NCBI GenBank assembly: GCA_043758735.1
Contig: JAYVMZ010000337.1
Span: forward strand, 1 to 38,325
Length of the DNA stretch: 38,325 bases
Origin: Betaproteobacteria bacterium
Lineage (GTDB): Bacteria; Pseudomonadota; Gammaproteobacteria; Burkholderiales; JACQAP01
Direction of reading: 5' to 3'
Below, piece by piece: positions 27,947 through 36,184 of the stretch (the stretch's first letter is position 1; every line of letters starts with the position of its first letter). The position numbers were made by a program, and so were the translations under genes. A model generated the notes under the pieces. It was not told the origin of the DNA. It searched no databases and worked only from the letters and a program-made list of their open reading frames with translations.

Positions 27947-28531
27947 ATGAAGCAAGCCCTCTGCATTCGTTTCGCCGGCGCCGCAGTACTTTGCGCGACA
28001 ATGGTCCTGTCGGGCTGCGCCGAGAAAACCCGTTACGGCGATGCGCGCGGCGTGGAAACCGTGACCAACCAGTTCGGTTCCACCGACCTGCAGATGATCG
28101 CCGAATCGATGACGCGCTCGATGCTCAACACCCCGATCGTGACGGGAGGAGGGCGGCCGATCATGACCGTGCAGGAAGTCAAGAACAAGACCAGCGAATA
28201 CATCGATACGCGATCCATCACGGATTCGATTCGCGTGGAACTGCAGAAGAGCGGTCGGGTCCGCTTTGCGGTGGACGCGGCGGCGATGGATCAGCAGATC
28301 GAGGAACTCAAGCGCCAGCAAAGCGACTACTACGATGCCAAGAAATCGGCCGAGATCGGCAAGATGGTCGGCGCCGCCTACCGCATCGAGGGCAACATCA
28401 CGTCGATCGTCAAGGAAGCCAAGGACGTGAAGGATGTCTACTACAAGTTCAGCCTGCAACTCTGGAACGTGCAGAGCGGGCTGCTGGAATGGGCCGACGA
28501 AAAAGAAATACGCAAGACGACAACCAGATAG
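27947..28531 (+). CDS. LpoB-like (COG3417) lipoprotein, penicillin-binding-protein activator family
   Basis: Lipobox MVLSG-C. Blocks IMTVQEVKNKTSEYIDTRSITDSIRVELQKSGRVRFA and GAAYRIEGNITSI...YKFSLQLWNVQSGLLEW resemble the LpoB C-terminal domain. GAAGGAG is the RBS. Confidence 0.75.
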   Translation: MKQALCIRFAGAAVLCATMVLSGCAEKTRYGDARGVETVTNQFGSTDLQMIAESMTRSMLNTPIVTGGGRPIMTVQEVKNKTSEYIDTRSITDSIRVELQKSGRVRFAVDAAAMDQQIEELKRQQSDYYDAKKSAEIGKMVGAAYRIEGNITSIVKEAKDVKDVYYKFSLQLWNVQSGLLEWADEKEIRKTTTR

Positions 28532-28573
28532 CCGCCCGGTAGGTAAGGCCCCACCCGGCCGCCAGCCGTGTAC

Positions 28574-28604
28574 AAGCGCCCGTCGCAAACAACGACGGGC
28601 GCTT
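28574..28604. terminator. terminator hairpin between the lipoprotein operon and the convergent alkaline phosphatase gene
   Basis: AAGCGCCCGTCG-CAAACAA-CGACGGGCGCTT (12 bp) followed by TCATTTCATT. Confidence 0.75.
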
Positions 28605-28609
28605 TCATT

Positions 28610-30169
28610 TCATTCCTGCAGTCCGAGTGCTTCGGCCATGACGTGGAAAATGACGTTCTGCTCGAGTACGCCGCGGACCAGATGGGCCTGCGGGCCGCGC
28701 GCGTAGATCGCCACATCTTCGCCACCATGCGTTTCGCTTTCCATCGGCATGGCGGATTCCTGCATGTAGTCCGGCGCGGTCGTGTCCACGCCGGTCAGGT
28801 CCGGCCGGCCTTCCGTTATGCCTTTGAAGCCGGGGCCGTGATGGGGAAACTTCTTCGCCCCCTGCGGCTGGGTAACGGACTGACCCGCATAACCGGGACC
28901 GTTCACGTAGCCCAGGGTCGTGTACGGCTGACCAAGCGCGTCCTGCGCGTACTCCTTGGTGGGATGGCCGGGCTCGACCACCTTCCCCAGAATCGGGTTG
29001 CCGCGTCTGGGATAGCCGGCAATGGTGAAAGTGTGGCTGTGATCGGCCGTGACGATGATCAGCGTGTCATGGGGATCGGTGCGTTCCACGGCGAGTTCTA
29101 TTGCACGCGCGAATTCGATGGTGTCGGTCAGGGCACGGTAGGCGTTGCCCGCATGGTGCGCGTGGTCGATGCGCCCGCCTTCCACCATCAGGAAATAGCC
29201 TTTCTGGTGCTGCGACAGGATATCCAGCGCCTTGCCCGTCATTTCCGTCAGCGAGGGCTCACCGGCGGCGTCCTTGGCGCGATCATGCTCGTATTGCATG
29301 TGCGAAGGCTGGAACAGGCCAAGCAGATGCCTGACTTGCTTGATATCGACCGCATCGAGCTGCGCCTTGTTCCAGACGTAAGCTGATTTCGGATAACGGG
29401 TCAGCCACTCCTTCGTCAGGTCGCGTCCATCGTGGCGCTCGCCGGTCTTGTCCGGGTACTCCGGATCGTGCACCGCGCGCGGCAGGAACTTCGCACGCCC
29501 TCCTCCGAGCGCCACCTCGAGGCCGTCGCCGTGCGCGAACTCGATCAGTTGCCTGGCGATGTCCGGAAAGCCCGCCTCGTTGGCCGCATCGGGCTGGTCG
29601 CTGTCGCTTTCCCAGTCGCGATCGGGCGAGTGCGCATAGCACGCTGCGGGCGTAGCATGCGTAATCCGCGTGGTGGTGACGACACCGGTCGCCATACCCC
29701 TGTCGGCAGCACGCTCCAGGATGGTCTTCATGCCGTTGGCAGCGGCCGCACGGAAATCTCCACGCGCCACACGCTCATTCACCGAGATCAGGCCGTCGTT
29801 GGTTTTGATACCGGTCACGATCGCACTCATGGTTGGCGCCGAATCCGAGGTCTGCTGGTTCGCACTGTAGGTTTTGGAAAGCGCCACGTAAGGAAATTTT
29901 TCGAACGAAAGCTGGTTTTCCTCACCGAGCATGCCGTGCTGCTGGCCTTCCAGAATGCGCGCCGCGGTCACCGTGGAGACGCCCATGCCGTCGCCAAGGA
30001 AAAGGATGATATTTCTGGCGTGCCCCAAGACGGGTTTTTCCTGCTTGGCTTTTTCCACCGCGGCGCGGCCATTGCGGAACCATTCTTCCGGCGATTGCGC
30101 GCCCGATCCGCCGGCCTGCAGGGCCAGCGCGGCGGCAACCGATGCAACGAAACGTAATTTTCTTGTCAT
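28610..30169 (-). CDS. alkaline phosphatase (PhoA/tissue-type family), secreted
   Basis: Signal peptide. FLGDGMGVSTVTAARIL, the active-site block DSAPTMSA, HSHTFTIAGY and ETHGGEDV metal-ligand motifs. The N-terminal block is strikingly like animal alkaline phosphatases. Confidence 0.9.
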   Translation of the reverse strand: MTRKLRFVASVAAALALQAGGSGAQSPEEWFRNGRAAVEKAKQEKPVLGHARNIILFLGDGMGVSTVTAARILEGQQHGMLGEENQLSFEKFPYVALSKTYSANQQTSDSAPTMSAIVTGIKTNDGLISVNERVARGDFRAAAANGMKTILERAADRGMATGVVTTTRITHATPAACYAHSPDRDWESDSDQPDAANEAGFPDIARQLIEFAHGDGLEVALGGGRAKFLPRAVHDPEYPDKTGERHDGRDLTKEWLTRYPKSAYVWNKAQLDAVDIKQVRHLLGLFQPSHMQYEHDRAKDAAGEPSLTEMTGKALDILSQHQKGYFLMVEGGRIDHAHHAGNAYRALTDTIEFARAIELAVERTDPHDTLIIVTADHSHTFTIAGYPRRGNPILGKVVEPGHPTKEYAQDALGQPYTTLGYVNGPGYAGQSVTQPQGAKKFPHHGPGFKGITEGRPDLTGVDTTAPDYMQESAMPMESETHGGEDVAIYARGPQAHLVRGVLEQNVIFHVMAEALGLQE

Positions 30170-31065
30170 TCAAGCAGTCCCAGTGCATCTGCATAGCGCT
30201 GCGCGCAGCGCATTCCAAAGGCATTCGGTGCAAGCGCCGGCGCGCGGTCGAATACTTCGCCGAGGTCCAGGCGCATCGCGGCAATGCGCTTGCCGTAAGT
30301 ATGCAGCGTGTCGAGCGACTGCATGACGAACACGATCGCCGGCAGCACCTCGCGATACAGCGCCTCGGCGTGCGTTTCGGCCCCTTCGCGCAAAAGATCG
30401 AATATGCGTGCCTGGCGGTCGAAGGTATCCGAGGCCGGAATCATGCCCGCGCAACCCGCGCGCAGGTTGTCGATGAGTTCCAGCCCGCCGCGGCCGTTGA
30501 AAACCGTAACGCTGCCCCCGGTCGCTTCGATGACCTGGCGGATGGCGAGCGCAGGGCCTTCGCCTTTGAGGATGCGGAAATTCGAATGGTTGCGCGCCAG
30601 CGTCTTCACGCCGGCCGGCGTCAACCCGACGCCGAGATATTCCGGCGCATTCTGGACGGCCACCGGGAGATCGACGCGATCGGCGACCGCACCGAAAAAG
30701 CGGATGAAAAATTCCTCGGGCACGCCGCGATCAGGCGGCGGCTGCAAGATCACCCAGGATGCGCCGCGCGAACGGGCAAATTTTGCGAACTCGACCTGCG
30801 CGCCGACTGTGGGCGCATTTACCGTTACGGCCAGCGGCAGCCGCCCGCCAAGCTCCTCCGCCACCCAGTCCACAAGCTGACGCCGTTCGGCGTCGGCCAG
30901 CTTATTGACCTCGGTACCCAGTCCCAAAACAGCCATGCCGTGCGCGCCATTGGCAACGAAGGCCTGCACCTGGCGGCGGGTGCCCGTCCTGTCCAGCCCG
31001 CCGCTGGCGTTGAAAAAGGCATACAGCATCGGGTAGATTCCGTGCGGCAGGGTGTCATCGTTCAT
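30166..31065 (-). CDS. dihydrodipicolinate synthase/N-acetylneuraminate lyase (DHDPS) family class I aldolase
   Basis: GIYPMLYAFF...GAHGMAVLGLGTEVNKL and an FRILKGEG Schiff-base lysine block. GGAGG is the RBS. Its stop overlaps the phosphatase start (ATGA). Confidence 0.85.
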   Translation of the reverse strand: MNDDTLPHGIYPMLYAFFNASGGLDRTGTRRQVQAFVANGAHGMAVLGLGTEVNKLADAERRQLVDWVAEELGGRLPLAVTVNAPTVGAQVEFAKFARSRGASWVILQPPPDRGVPEEFFIRFFGAVADRVDLPVAVQNAPEYLGVGLTPAGVKTLARNHSNFRILKGEGPALAIRQVIEATGGSVTVFNGRGGLELIDNLRAGCAGMIPASDTFDRQARIFDLLREGAETHAEALYREVLPAIVFVMQSLDTLHTYGKRIAAMRLDLGEVFDRAPALAPNAFGMRCAQRYADALGLLE

Positions 31066-31187
31066 TGCAATTCCTCCCGGGCGGCATGCTATACGCTCGC
31101 TGGCTGCGCCTCAAATTGCGTGTCTGCCGTGAGAATCGGTGTACCATTTTTCTACTGCCGATGACCGCGGGTCGCCTGCACAAGCGC

Positions 31188-31220
31188 AATACGCTGGAGA
31201 ATACGCCGGAGAATACAGGG
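31188..31220. repeat. three tandem 12-nt direct repeats in the divergent promoter region
   Basis: AATACGCTGGAG / AATACGCCGGAG / AATACAGGG..., followed by hairpin CGCCAGG-CGCGT-CCTGGCG. Confidence 0.5.
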
Positions 31221-31285
31221 ATTAGCGCCAGGCGCGTCCTGGCGTATGGTGGAAACATCAAGAATAAAACGGGTTGGAGGCCCCA

Positions 31286-31498
31286 ATGGAACTGACGGAG
31301 GAGGAAATCGAGCAGGTTCGCAGCAGGCTCGAGGTCCTGAAAATTGAGCATCGCGACCTCGACGACGTGATCGAGCGCCTTTCGCATGTCCAGAAACTTG
31401 ACGAACTGCAGATGCAACGCCTGAAGAAGCGCAAGTTGCTGTTGAAGGACCAGATCTCCGCGCTCGAGCGCCAACTGGTACCCGACATCATGGCCTGA
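31286..31498 (+). CDS. DUF465 (YdcH-like) coiled-coil small protein
   Basis: 70 aa. LKIEHRDLDDVIERL ... LQMQRLKKRKLLLKDQISALE is the classic DUF465 pattern. GGAGG lies 5 nt upstream. Confidence 0.75.
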   Translation: MELTEEEIEQVRSRLEVLKIEHRDLDDVIERLSHVQKLDELQMQRLKKRKLLLKDQISALERQLVPDIMA

Positions 31499-31589
31499 GC
31501 GGACAAGCGAAATTTCCCGGTCTCACGTCGAACTGCGGGTGACATCCTGCGGTTTGACAGGCAAAAAAAACCGGCAATGACCCTATCCG

Positions 31590-31952
31590 ATGCCCATCCG
31601 TATTCACGCCATCGCTGCGATCCTGCTGTGCCTCGTACTGGTGAGCAGCTGTGCCGGCCTGCAACACCGGCCACCGCCATCCATCGATCAGATCGTGGAA
31701 ATGGCCATGGCAGGCAAGCCGGCGGAGGAAATCGTCCGCGAATTGCAGGAAACCCGTGCCGTCTACCCCCTGACCGCTTCCCAGATCGTCAAACTGCACG
31801 AGCAGGGCGTGCCCGATGCGGTGCTCGACTACATGCAGAACGCCTACGCCGACAGCATCCGTTGGGCGGCGCGAGCGCAATACGAAGGTGCGTATTGGTG
31901 GTACGACTGTTTCTACTGTTATCACCGCCCTGTCATCGTCGTGCCACGCTGA
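31590..31952 (+). CDS. small lipoprotein with one copy of a ~55-aa helical module plus a CxxC-Y motif
   Basis: MPIRIHAIAAILLCLVLVSS-C lipobox. Paralogous to the next gene's product. Confidence 0.6.
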   Translation: MPIRIHAIAAILLCLVLVSSCAGLQHRPPPSIDQIVEMAMAGKPAEEIVRELQETRAVYPLTASQIVKLHEQGVPDAVLDYMQNAYADSIRWAARAQYEGAYWWYDCFYCYHRPVIVVPR

Positions 31953-31970
31953 TCGTTAGTAGCAAATCGG

Positions 31971-32789
31971 GTGCAACAGGCAGGTGCGCCCTCACTACGG
32001 AGCCAACCATGTCCGCAAGCCAAAAGTTCATCACCCTACTCTTACCGATTCTCCATTACCGCCTGCGCACTGCTCTTCGGCGCCTGCTCGGTGATGACAC
32101 CGCGAACGGCCACGCCGATTTCAGAAGTCGTGACCCTGAGCAAAGGCGGTCAACCGGACCGGGCTATCGACCGCATCGCCACTGCAAAAACCACCTATGC
32201 ACTGCGCGGCTCGGATTTCGGCAAGCTCGCCGAGGCGGGTGTGCCGCCGAAGGTGCTGGATGCCCTGCAACAATACTTTGTCAACGACGTGGATCTGCTC
32301 ACCCGCTATTGGGTATTGGGAGAATCGTTGGGCGGGTGTGTCTCCTGCTATCCGCAACCGCTGGACCTGACGAACCTCGCCGATGGCGGCAATGGCATGG
32401 CGGATGCGAGTAACGTCGGGCGCTATTCCACATTCTCAAAACCGCAGGGGCTGCCCGATTGGGTCACCGCGGTTCCCGGAGGCGCCACCGCCCCCGGGTT
32501 GACCATTGGCGAGATCGCGAAGTTGGTCAAGGACGGCACGCCCGCAACGGATCTCGCTGCACGCATACGCACTTCACGCCTGTACGACATTATCGGCAAT
32601 GGCGGCTTCACCAAGGTCAGCACGCACTACGTTGCCGGTCTGAGCGGCTCGGAACTCGCGCAATTGAGCAAAGATGGCGCAAGCGACGAAGTCGTGGATG
32701 CCTTGCAGCAGAAATATCTGGCCGAATACATCGAATTTTCCCGCATCCGCTACCAGAGTTGGGGCAAGGGTCCGGGTCGGATGAATTGA
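31971..32789 (+). CDS. lipoprotein with two copies of the same helical module and a CxxC-Y motif
   Basis: ITACALLFGA-C lipobox. GTG 31971 is the only in-frame start, which gives an unusually long n-region. Confidence 0.6.
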   Translation: MQQAGAPSLRSQPCPQAKSSSPYSYRFSITACALLFGACSVMTPRTATPISEVVTLSKGGQPDRAIDRIATAKTTYALRGSDFGKLAEAGVPPKVLDALQQYFVNDVDLLTRYWVLGESLGGCVSCYPQPLDLTNLADGGNGMADASNVGRYSTFSKPQGLPDWVTAVPGGATAPGLTIGEIAKLVKDGTPATDLAARIRTSRLYDIIGNGGFTKVSTHYVAGLSGSELAQLSKDGASDEVVDALQQKYLAEYIEFSRIRYQSWGKGPGRMN

Positions 32790-32918
32790 CGTCAATCGCC
32801 GCGCCGCCATCCGGCCAGCAAGGCGGACCCGTTGGCGCGGTAATACCGGCGATGATCGCGGCTCCCGGTCAGCCCATGATCGCGGAGAGTGCGGCAGCGA
32901 GTACAGCCAGAAATGGAA

Positions 32919-32948
32919 GCGGCAATCCCTGCTTTGCGGGATTGCCGC
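32919..32948. terminator. hairpin downstream of ilvD (shared with the convergent lipoprotein gene)
   Basis: GCGGCAATCCC-TGCTTTGC-GGGATTGCCGC (11 bp). The minus-strand flank is TTCCATTTCTGG. It lies 21 nt after the ilvD stop. Confidence 0.6.
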
Positions 32949-32969
32949 CGTTGGATGTGTTGCGGGCAG

Positions 32970-34664
32970 TTACTTTTTCGCGTCGTCGAACGAATCCGTG
33001 ACTGCGCCCTTTGTTGCAGTGGATACCAGATAAGCGTATTTCGCCAGCAATCCCCGGGTGAAGCGCGGCTTGGGCTGCTTCCAGGCCGCGCGGCGCTTTG
33101 CCAGCTCGTCGTCGGGCACGTTCAACTGAATGAGTTGCTTGTGGGCATCGATGGTAATCGAGTCGCCCTCTTTCACCAGCGCGATGGTCCCGCCGACATA
33201 GGCCTCCGGCGCCACGTGGCCGACGACCATGCCCCAGGTTGCACCCGAGAAGCGCCCATCGGTGATCAGCCCGACAGAGTCTCCCAATCCCTGGCCGGTC
33301 AGCGCGGAAGTCGGCGCGAGCATTTCCTGCATGCCGGGCCCGCCCTTCGGGCCCTCGTAGCGGATCACCACGACATCGCCGGGCTTGATCTTGCGATCCA
33401 TGATCGCCACCATCACCTCCGGTTCGGAATCGTAAACCCGCGCCGGACCGGTGATCGACGGATTCTTAAGCCCCGTGATCTTGGCGACGCAGCCCTCGGT
33501 GGCAAGGTTGCCCTTCAGGATCGCCAGGTGTCCCTGCTTGTACAACGGGTTGTTGAATGCGCGGATTACATCCTGGTCCTTGCGCGGCTCCGCCGGGATG
33601 TTCGCCAGTTCCTCGGCGATGGTGCGGCCGGTGATGGTCATGCAGTCGCCGTGCAGCAGTCCGTTGGCAAGCAGCATCTTCAACACCTGCGGGGCGCCGC
33701 CCGCCTTGTGCAAATCGGTGGCGACATATTTACCCGAGGGTTTGAGGTCGCACAGCACCGGCACCTTGCGGCGAACGCGCTCGAAGTCGTCGATGGTCCA
33801 TTCGACTTCGGCCGCCGATGCGATGGCGAGGTAATGCAGCACCGCGTTGGTCGAACCGCCAGTGGCCATGACCAGGCTCACCACATTCTCGATTGACTTG
33901 CGCGTGATGATGTCGCGCGGACGGATGTTCTTCCTGATCGCATTGACCAGCACCTTGGCCGATTCCCCGGCGGAATCGACTTTCTCCGCGTCCGGCGAGG
34001 CCATCGTCGAGGAATGCATCAGGCTCATGCCAAGGGCTTCGAACGAGGTGGACATGGTGTTGGCGGTAAACATGCCGCCGCAGGCGCCTACGGTCGGACA
34101 CGCGTTCTTTTCGATGCCATCGTAGTCTTCCTTGCTCATCTTGCCGGCGCTGAATGCCCCGACCGCCTCGAAAGCACTGGCAATGGTCAGATCCTGGCCC
34201 TTCCAGTGGCCGGGCTTGATGCTGCCCGCGTAAACGTAGATCGCGGGCACGTTCATGCGCGCGATGGCGATCATGCCGCCCGGCATGTTCTTGTCGCAGC
34301 CGCCGACGACCAGCGCGCCGTCCATCATCTGGCCGTTGACGGAGGTTTCGATGGCGTCGGCGATCACTTCGCGTGAAACCAGGGAATACTTCATGCCGTC
34401 GGTGCCCATGCCGATGCCGTCCGTAACGGTCGGCGTGCCGAATACCTGCGGCATCGCTCCAGCCTTGCGCAAGGCATCCATGGCGCGATCGACCAGCGGC
34501 TGGATGCCGGCATTGCAGGGGTTCATGTTGGAATGGCCGTTGGCCACGCCGACGATGGGCTTGTCGAAGTCACCGTCCTTGAAATCGACAGCGCGCAGCA
34601 TTGCGCGGTTGGGCGAGCGGGCTATGCCCGCGGTGATCAGTTTGCTGCGCCAGTTTTCCGCCAT
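32970..34664 (-). CDS. ilvD: dihydroxy-acid dehydratase
   Basis: [50 protein letters not shown] and ITDGRFSG motifs. ATG at 34664 is preceded by GAGGAG. Confidence 0.95.
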   Translation of the reverse strand: MAENWRSKLITAGIARSPNRAMLRAVDFKDGDFDKPIVGVANGHSNMNPCNAGIQPLVDRAMDALRKAGAMPQVFGTPTVTDGIGMGTDGMKYSLVSREVIADAIETSVNGQMMDGALVVGGCDKNMPGGMIAIARMNVPAIYVYAGSIKPGHWKGQDLTIASAFEAVGAFSAGKMSKEDYDGIEKNACPTVGACGGMFTANTMSTSFEALGMSLMHSSTMASPDAEKVDSAGESAKVLVNAIRKNIRPRDIITRKSIENVVSLVMATGGSTNAVLHYLAIASAAEVEWTIDDFERVRRKVPVLCDLKPSGKYVATDLHKAGGAPQVLKMLLANGLLHGDCMTITGRTIAEELANIPAEPRKDQDVIRAFNNPLYKQGHLAILKGNLATEGCVAKITGLKNPSITGPARVYDSEPEVMVAIMDRKIKPGDVVVIRYEGPKGGPGMQEMLAPTSALTGQGLGDSVGLITDGRFSGATWGMVVGHVAPEAYVGGTIALVKEGDSITIDAHKQLIQLNVPDDELAKRRAAWKQPKPRFTRGLLAKYAYLVSTATKGAVTDSFDDAKK

Positions 34665-34799
34665 GTTTTCTCCTCGATAATGGTGGCCGCGGTGTCCTGC
34701 TCGCAATGCAGCCCTTCCCCAGTGGGGCGGAGTTTGGCTACGCGACGGCGCGGCGTCTAATATATTATTTATGTGTTTTTGATACTTTTACCGAATCGG

Positions 34800-35711
34800 A
34801 TGGAACTTCGCCACCTGCGTTATTTCGTCACCGTCGCCGAAGAACTGCATTTCGGGCGCGCGGCGAAAAAACTGCACATTTCCCAGCCCCCGCTTTCGAT
34901 GCAGATCCGCGCGCTGGAAGCCGAACTCGGGGTGACGCTTTTCAACCGCACGCAGCGCAGCGTCCCGCTCACCCAGTCCGGCAATGCGCTGCTCGGCGAA
35001 GCGCGGCACATACTGGCCCGCGCGGATCAGGCGGTGCTGATGACCAGGCGGGCAAGCCGCGGTGAGATCGGCGAACTCGCCATCGGGTTCATCAGCGTGA
35101 CGGACTATAACGTGCTTCCCGTCGTATTGCGCGAGTTCCGCCCTGCCTTCCCACTCGTCAACCTGACCTTGCGCGAATCGACCACCGACGCGCAGATTCG
35201 CGATCTGCTGGCCGGCCGCATCGACGTGGGCTTCGTCCTGCCGCCGATCAATGAACCTTCGCTCGAATCGCTGCCGATCCTGCGCGAACCGCTGATCGCC
35301 GCCCTGCCCGACAAGCATCCGCTGGCGCGCAAGGCCGGCAAGCTGGTACTGGAAAAACTCAAGGACGCGCCCTTCATCCTGTTTCCGCGCCCTTATGCCC
35401 CGGGCCTGCACGACGACGTGGTCAGTTGCTGCAAGGCGGCGGGTTTCAGCCCGCGGGTGGAACAGGAAGCCATCCAGATGCAGACCATCGTCAGCCTGGT
35501 ATCAGCCGAACTCGGCGTGGCACTGATTCCCGCCTCCTTGACCAACCTGAGGCGAACGGGGGTGACTTATAAGGAATTGAAGGCGGGCAGCCCGCTCACG
35601 GAAGTGCACCTGGCCTGGCGGCGCGGCGACGACTTGCCGGCGCGTCGGGTCTTCGTCGACGTCGCCTCGCGCATAGCCAACATGCCGCAAAAAACGCGGT
35701 CAACCGCATGA
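34800..35711 (+). CDS. LysR-family transcriptional regulator
   Basis: MELRHLRYFVTVAEELHFGRAAKKLHISQPPLSMQIRALEAELG helix-turn-helix. Divergent from ilvD, and its stop overlaps the tsaE start (ATGA). Confidence 0.85.
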   Translation: MELRHLRYFVTVAEELHFGRAAKKLHISQPPLSMQIRALEAELGVTLFNRTQRSVPLTQSGNALLGEARHILARADQAVLMTRRASRGEIGELAIGFISVTDYNVLPVVLREFRPAFPLVNLTLRESTTDAQIRDLLAGRIDVGFVLPPINEPSLESLPILREPLIAALPDKHPLARKAGKLVLEKLKDAPFILFPRPYAPGLHDDVVSCCKAAGFSPRVEQEAIQMQTIVSLVSAELGVALIPASLTNLRRTGVTYKELKAGSPLTEVHLAWRRGDDLPARRVFVDVASRIANMPQKTRSTA

Positions 35712-36184
35712 AAGCGGCTACCGTTGACGGGCATTCGGCGTTTTTGCCCGACGAGGAGGCGACGCTGGTGTATGGCAATCGGCTGGCGCAGGTGCTCGAG
35801 CCGGGGTTGTTCGTCGCCCTGTCCGGAAACCTTGGCAGCGGCAAAACTACCCTGACGCGAGGCATCTTGCGCGGCCTCGGTTACCCGGGAAAGGTCAAAA
35901 GTCCGACCTATACACTGGTTGAACTTTACAATCTTTCTAAGTTAGACTTATATCACTTTGATTTTTATCGATTCAACGATCCACAAGAATGGCTGGATGC
36001 GGGCTTTCGGGATTACTTCGACCCCGGCAACATCTGTCTGGTGGAATGGCCTGAACGGGCGCGCGATCTGCTGCCCGTACCAGACCTGAAAATAGCGTTG
36101 GGCATGGAAGGCGACGGTCGGCGCATCCGCATCGCCGCGGAAACGGAGCACGGAAAACGTTGTTTGGATCGCTTGCCCGATTGA
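35708..36184 (+). CDS. tsaE: tRNA t6A37 threonylcarbamoyl-transfer complex ATPase TsaE (YjeE)
   Basis: LSGNLGSGKTTLTRGILRGLG Walker A, SPTYTLVELY, LYHFDFYR and LVEWPE motifs. Confidence 0.9.
   Translation: MKAATVDGHSAFLPDEEATLVYGNRLAQVLEPGLFVALSGNLGSGKTTLTRGILRGLGYPGKVKSPTYTLVELYNLSKLDLYHFDFYRFNDPQEWLDAGFRDYFDPGNICLVEWPERARDLLPVPDLKIALGMEGDGRRIRIAAETEHGKRCLDRLPD

Noticed and set aside
31577-32413. An alternative-frame ORF (278 aa) with an ATG at 32009 (MSASQKFITLLLPILHYRL...) overlapping both lipoprotein genes. It was considered as the true start of the second lipoprotein via a frameshift.
   Set aside because: Its product is Arg/Pro-rich junk after the first 20 residues. The frame carrying the lipobox and the paralogous modules is clearly the coding one. 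No specific frameshift site could be identified, so the GTG at 31971 is retained with reduced confidence.
32870-32960. A tiny hydrophobic peptide (LPLPFLAVLAAALSAIMG) readable on the minus strand downstream of ilvD.
   Set aside because: The only start is a TTG inside the terminator stem, there is no RBS, and it is 18 aa long. It is most likely a chance reading of the hairpin flank.
35925-35975. A locally AT-rich patch inside tsaE (ctttctaagttagacttatatcactttgatttttatcg) that looked like an insertion scar or internal promoter.
   Set aside because: It encodes the conserved TsaE block NLSKLDLYHFDFYRF in frame, so the composition reflects amino-acid content and not foreign DNA.
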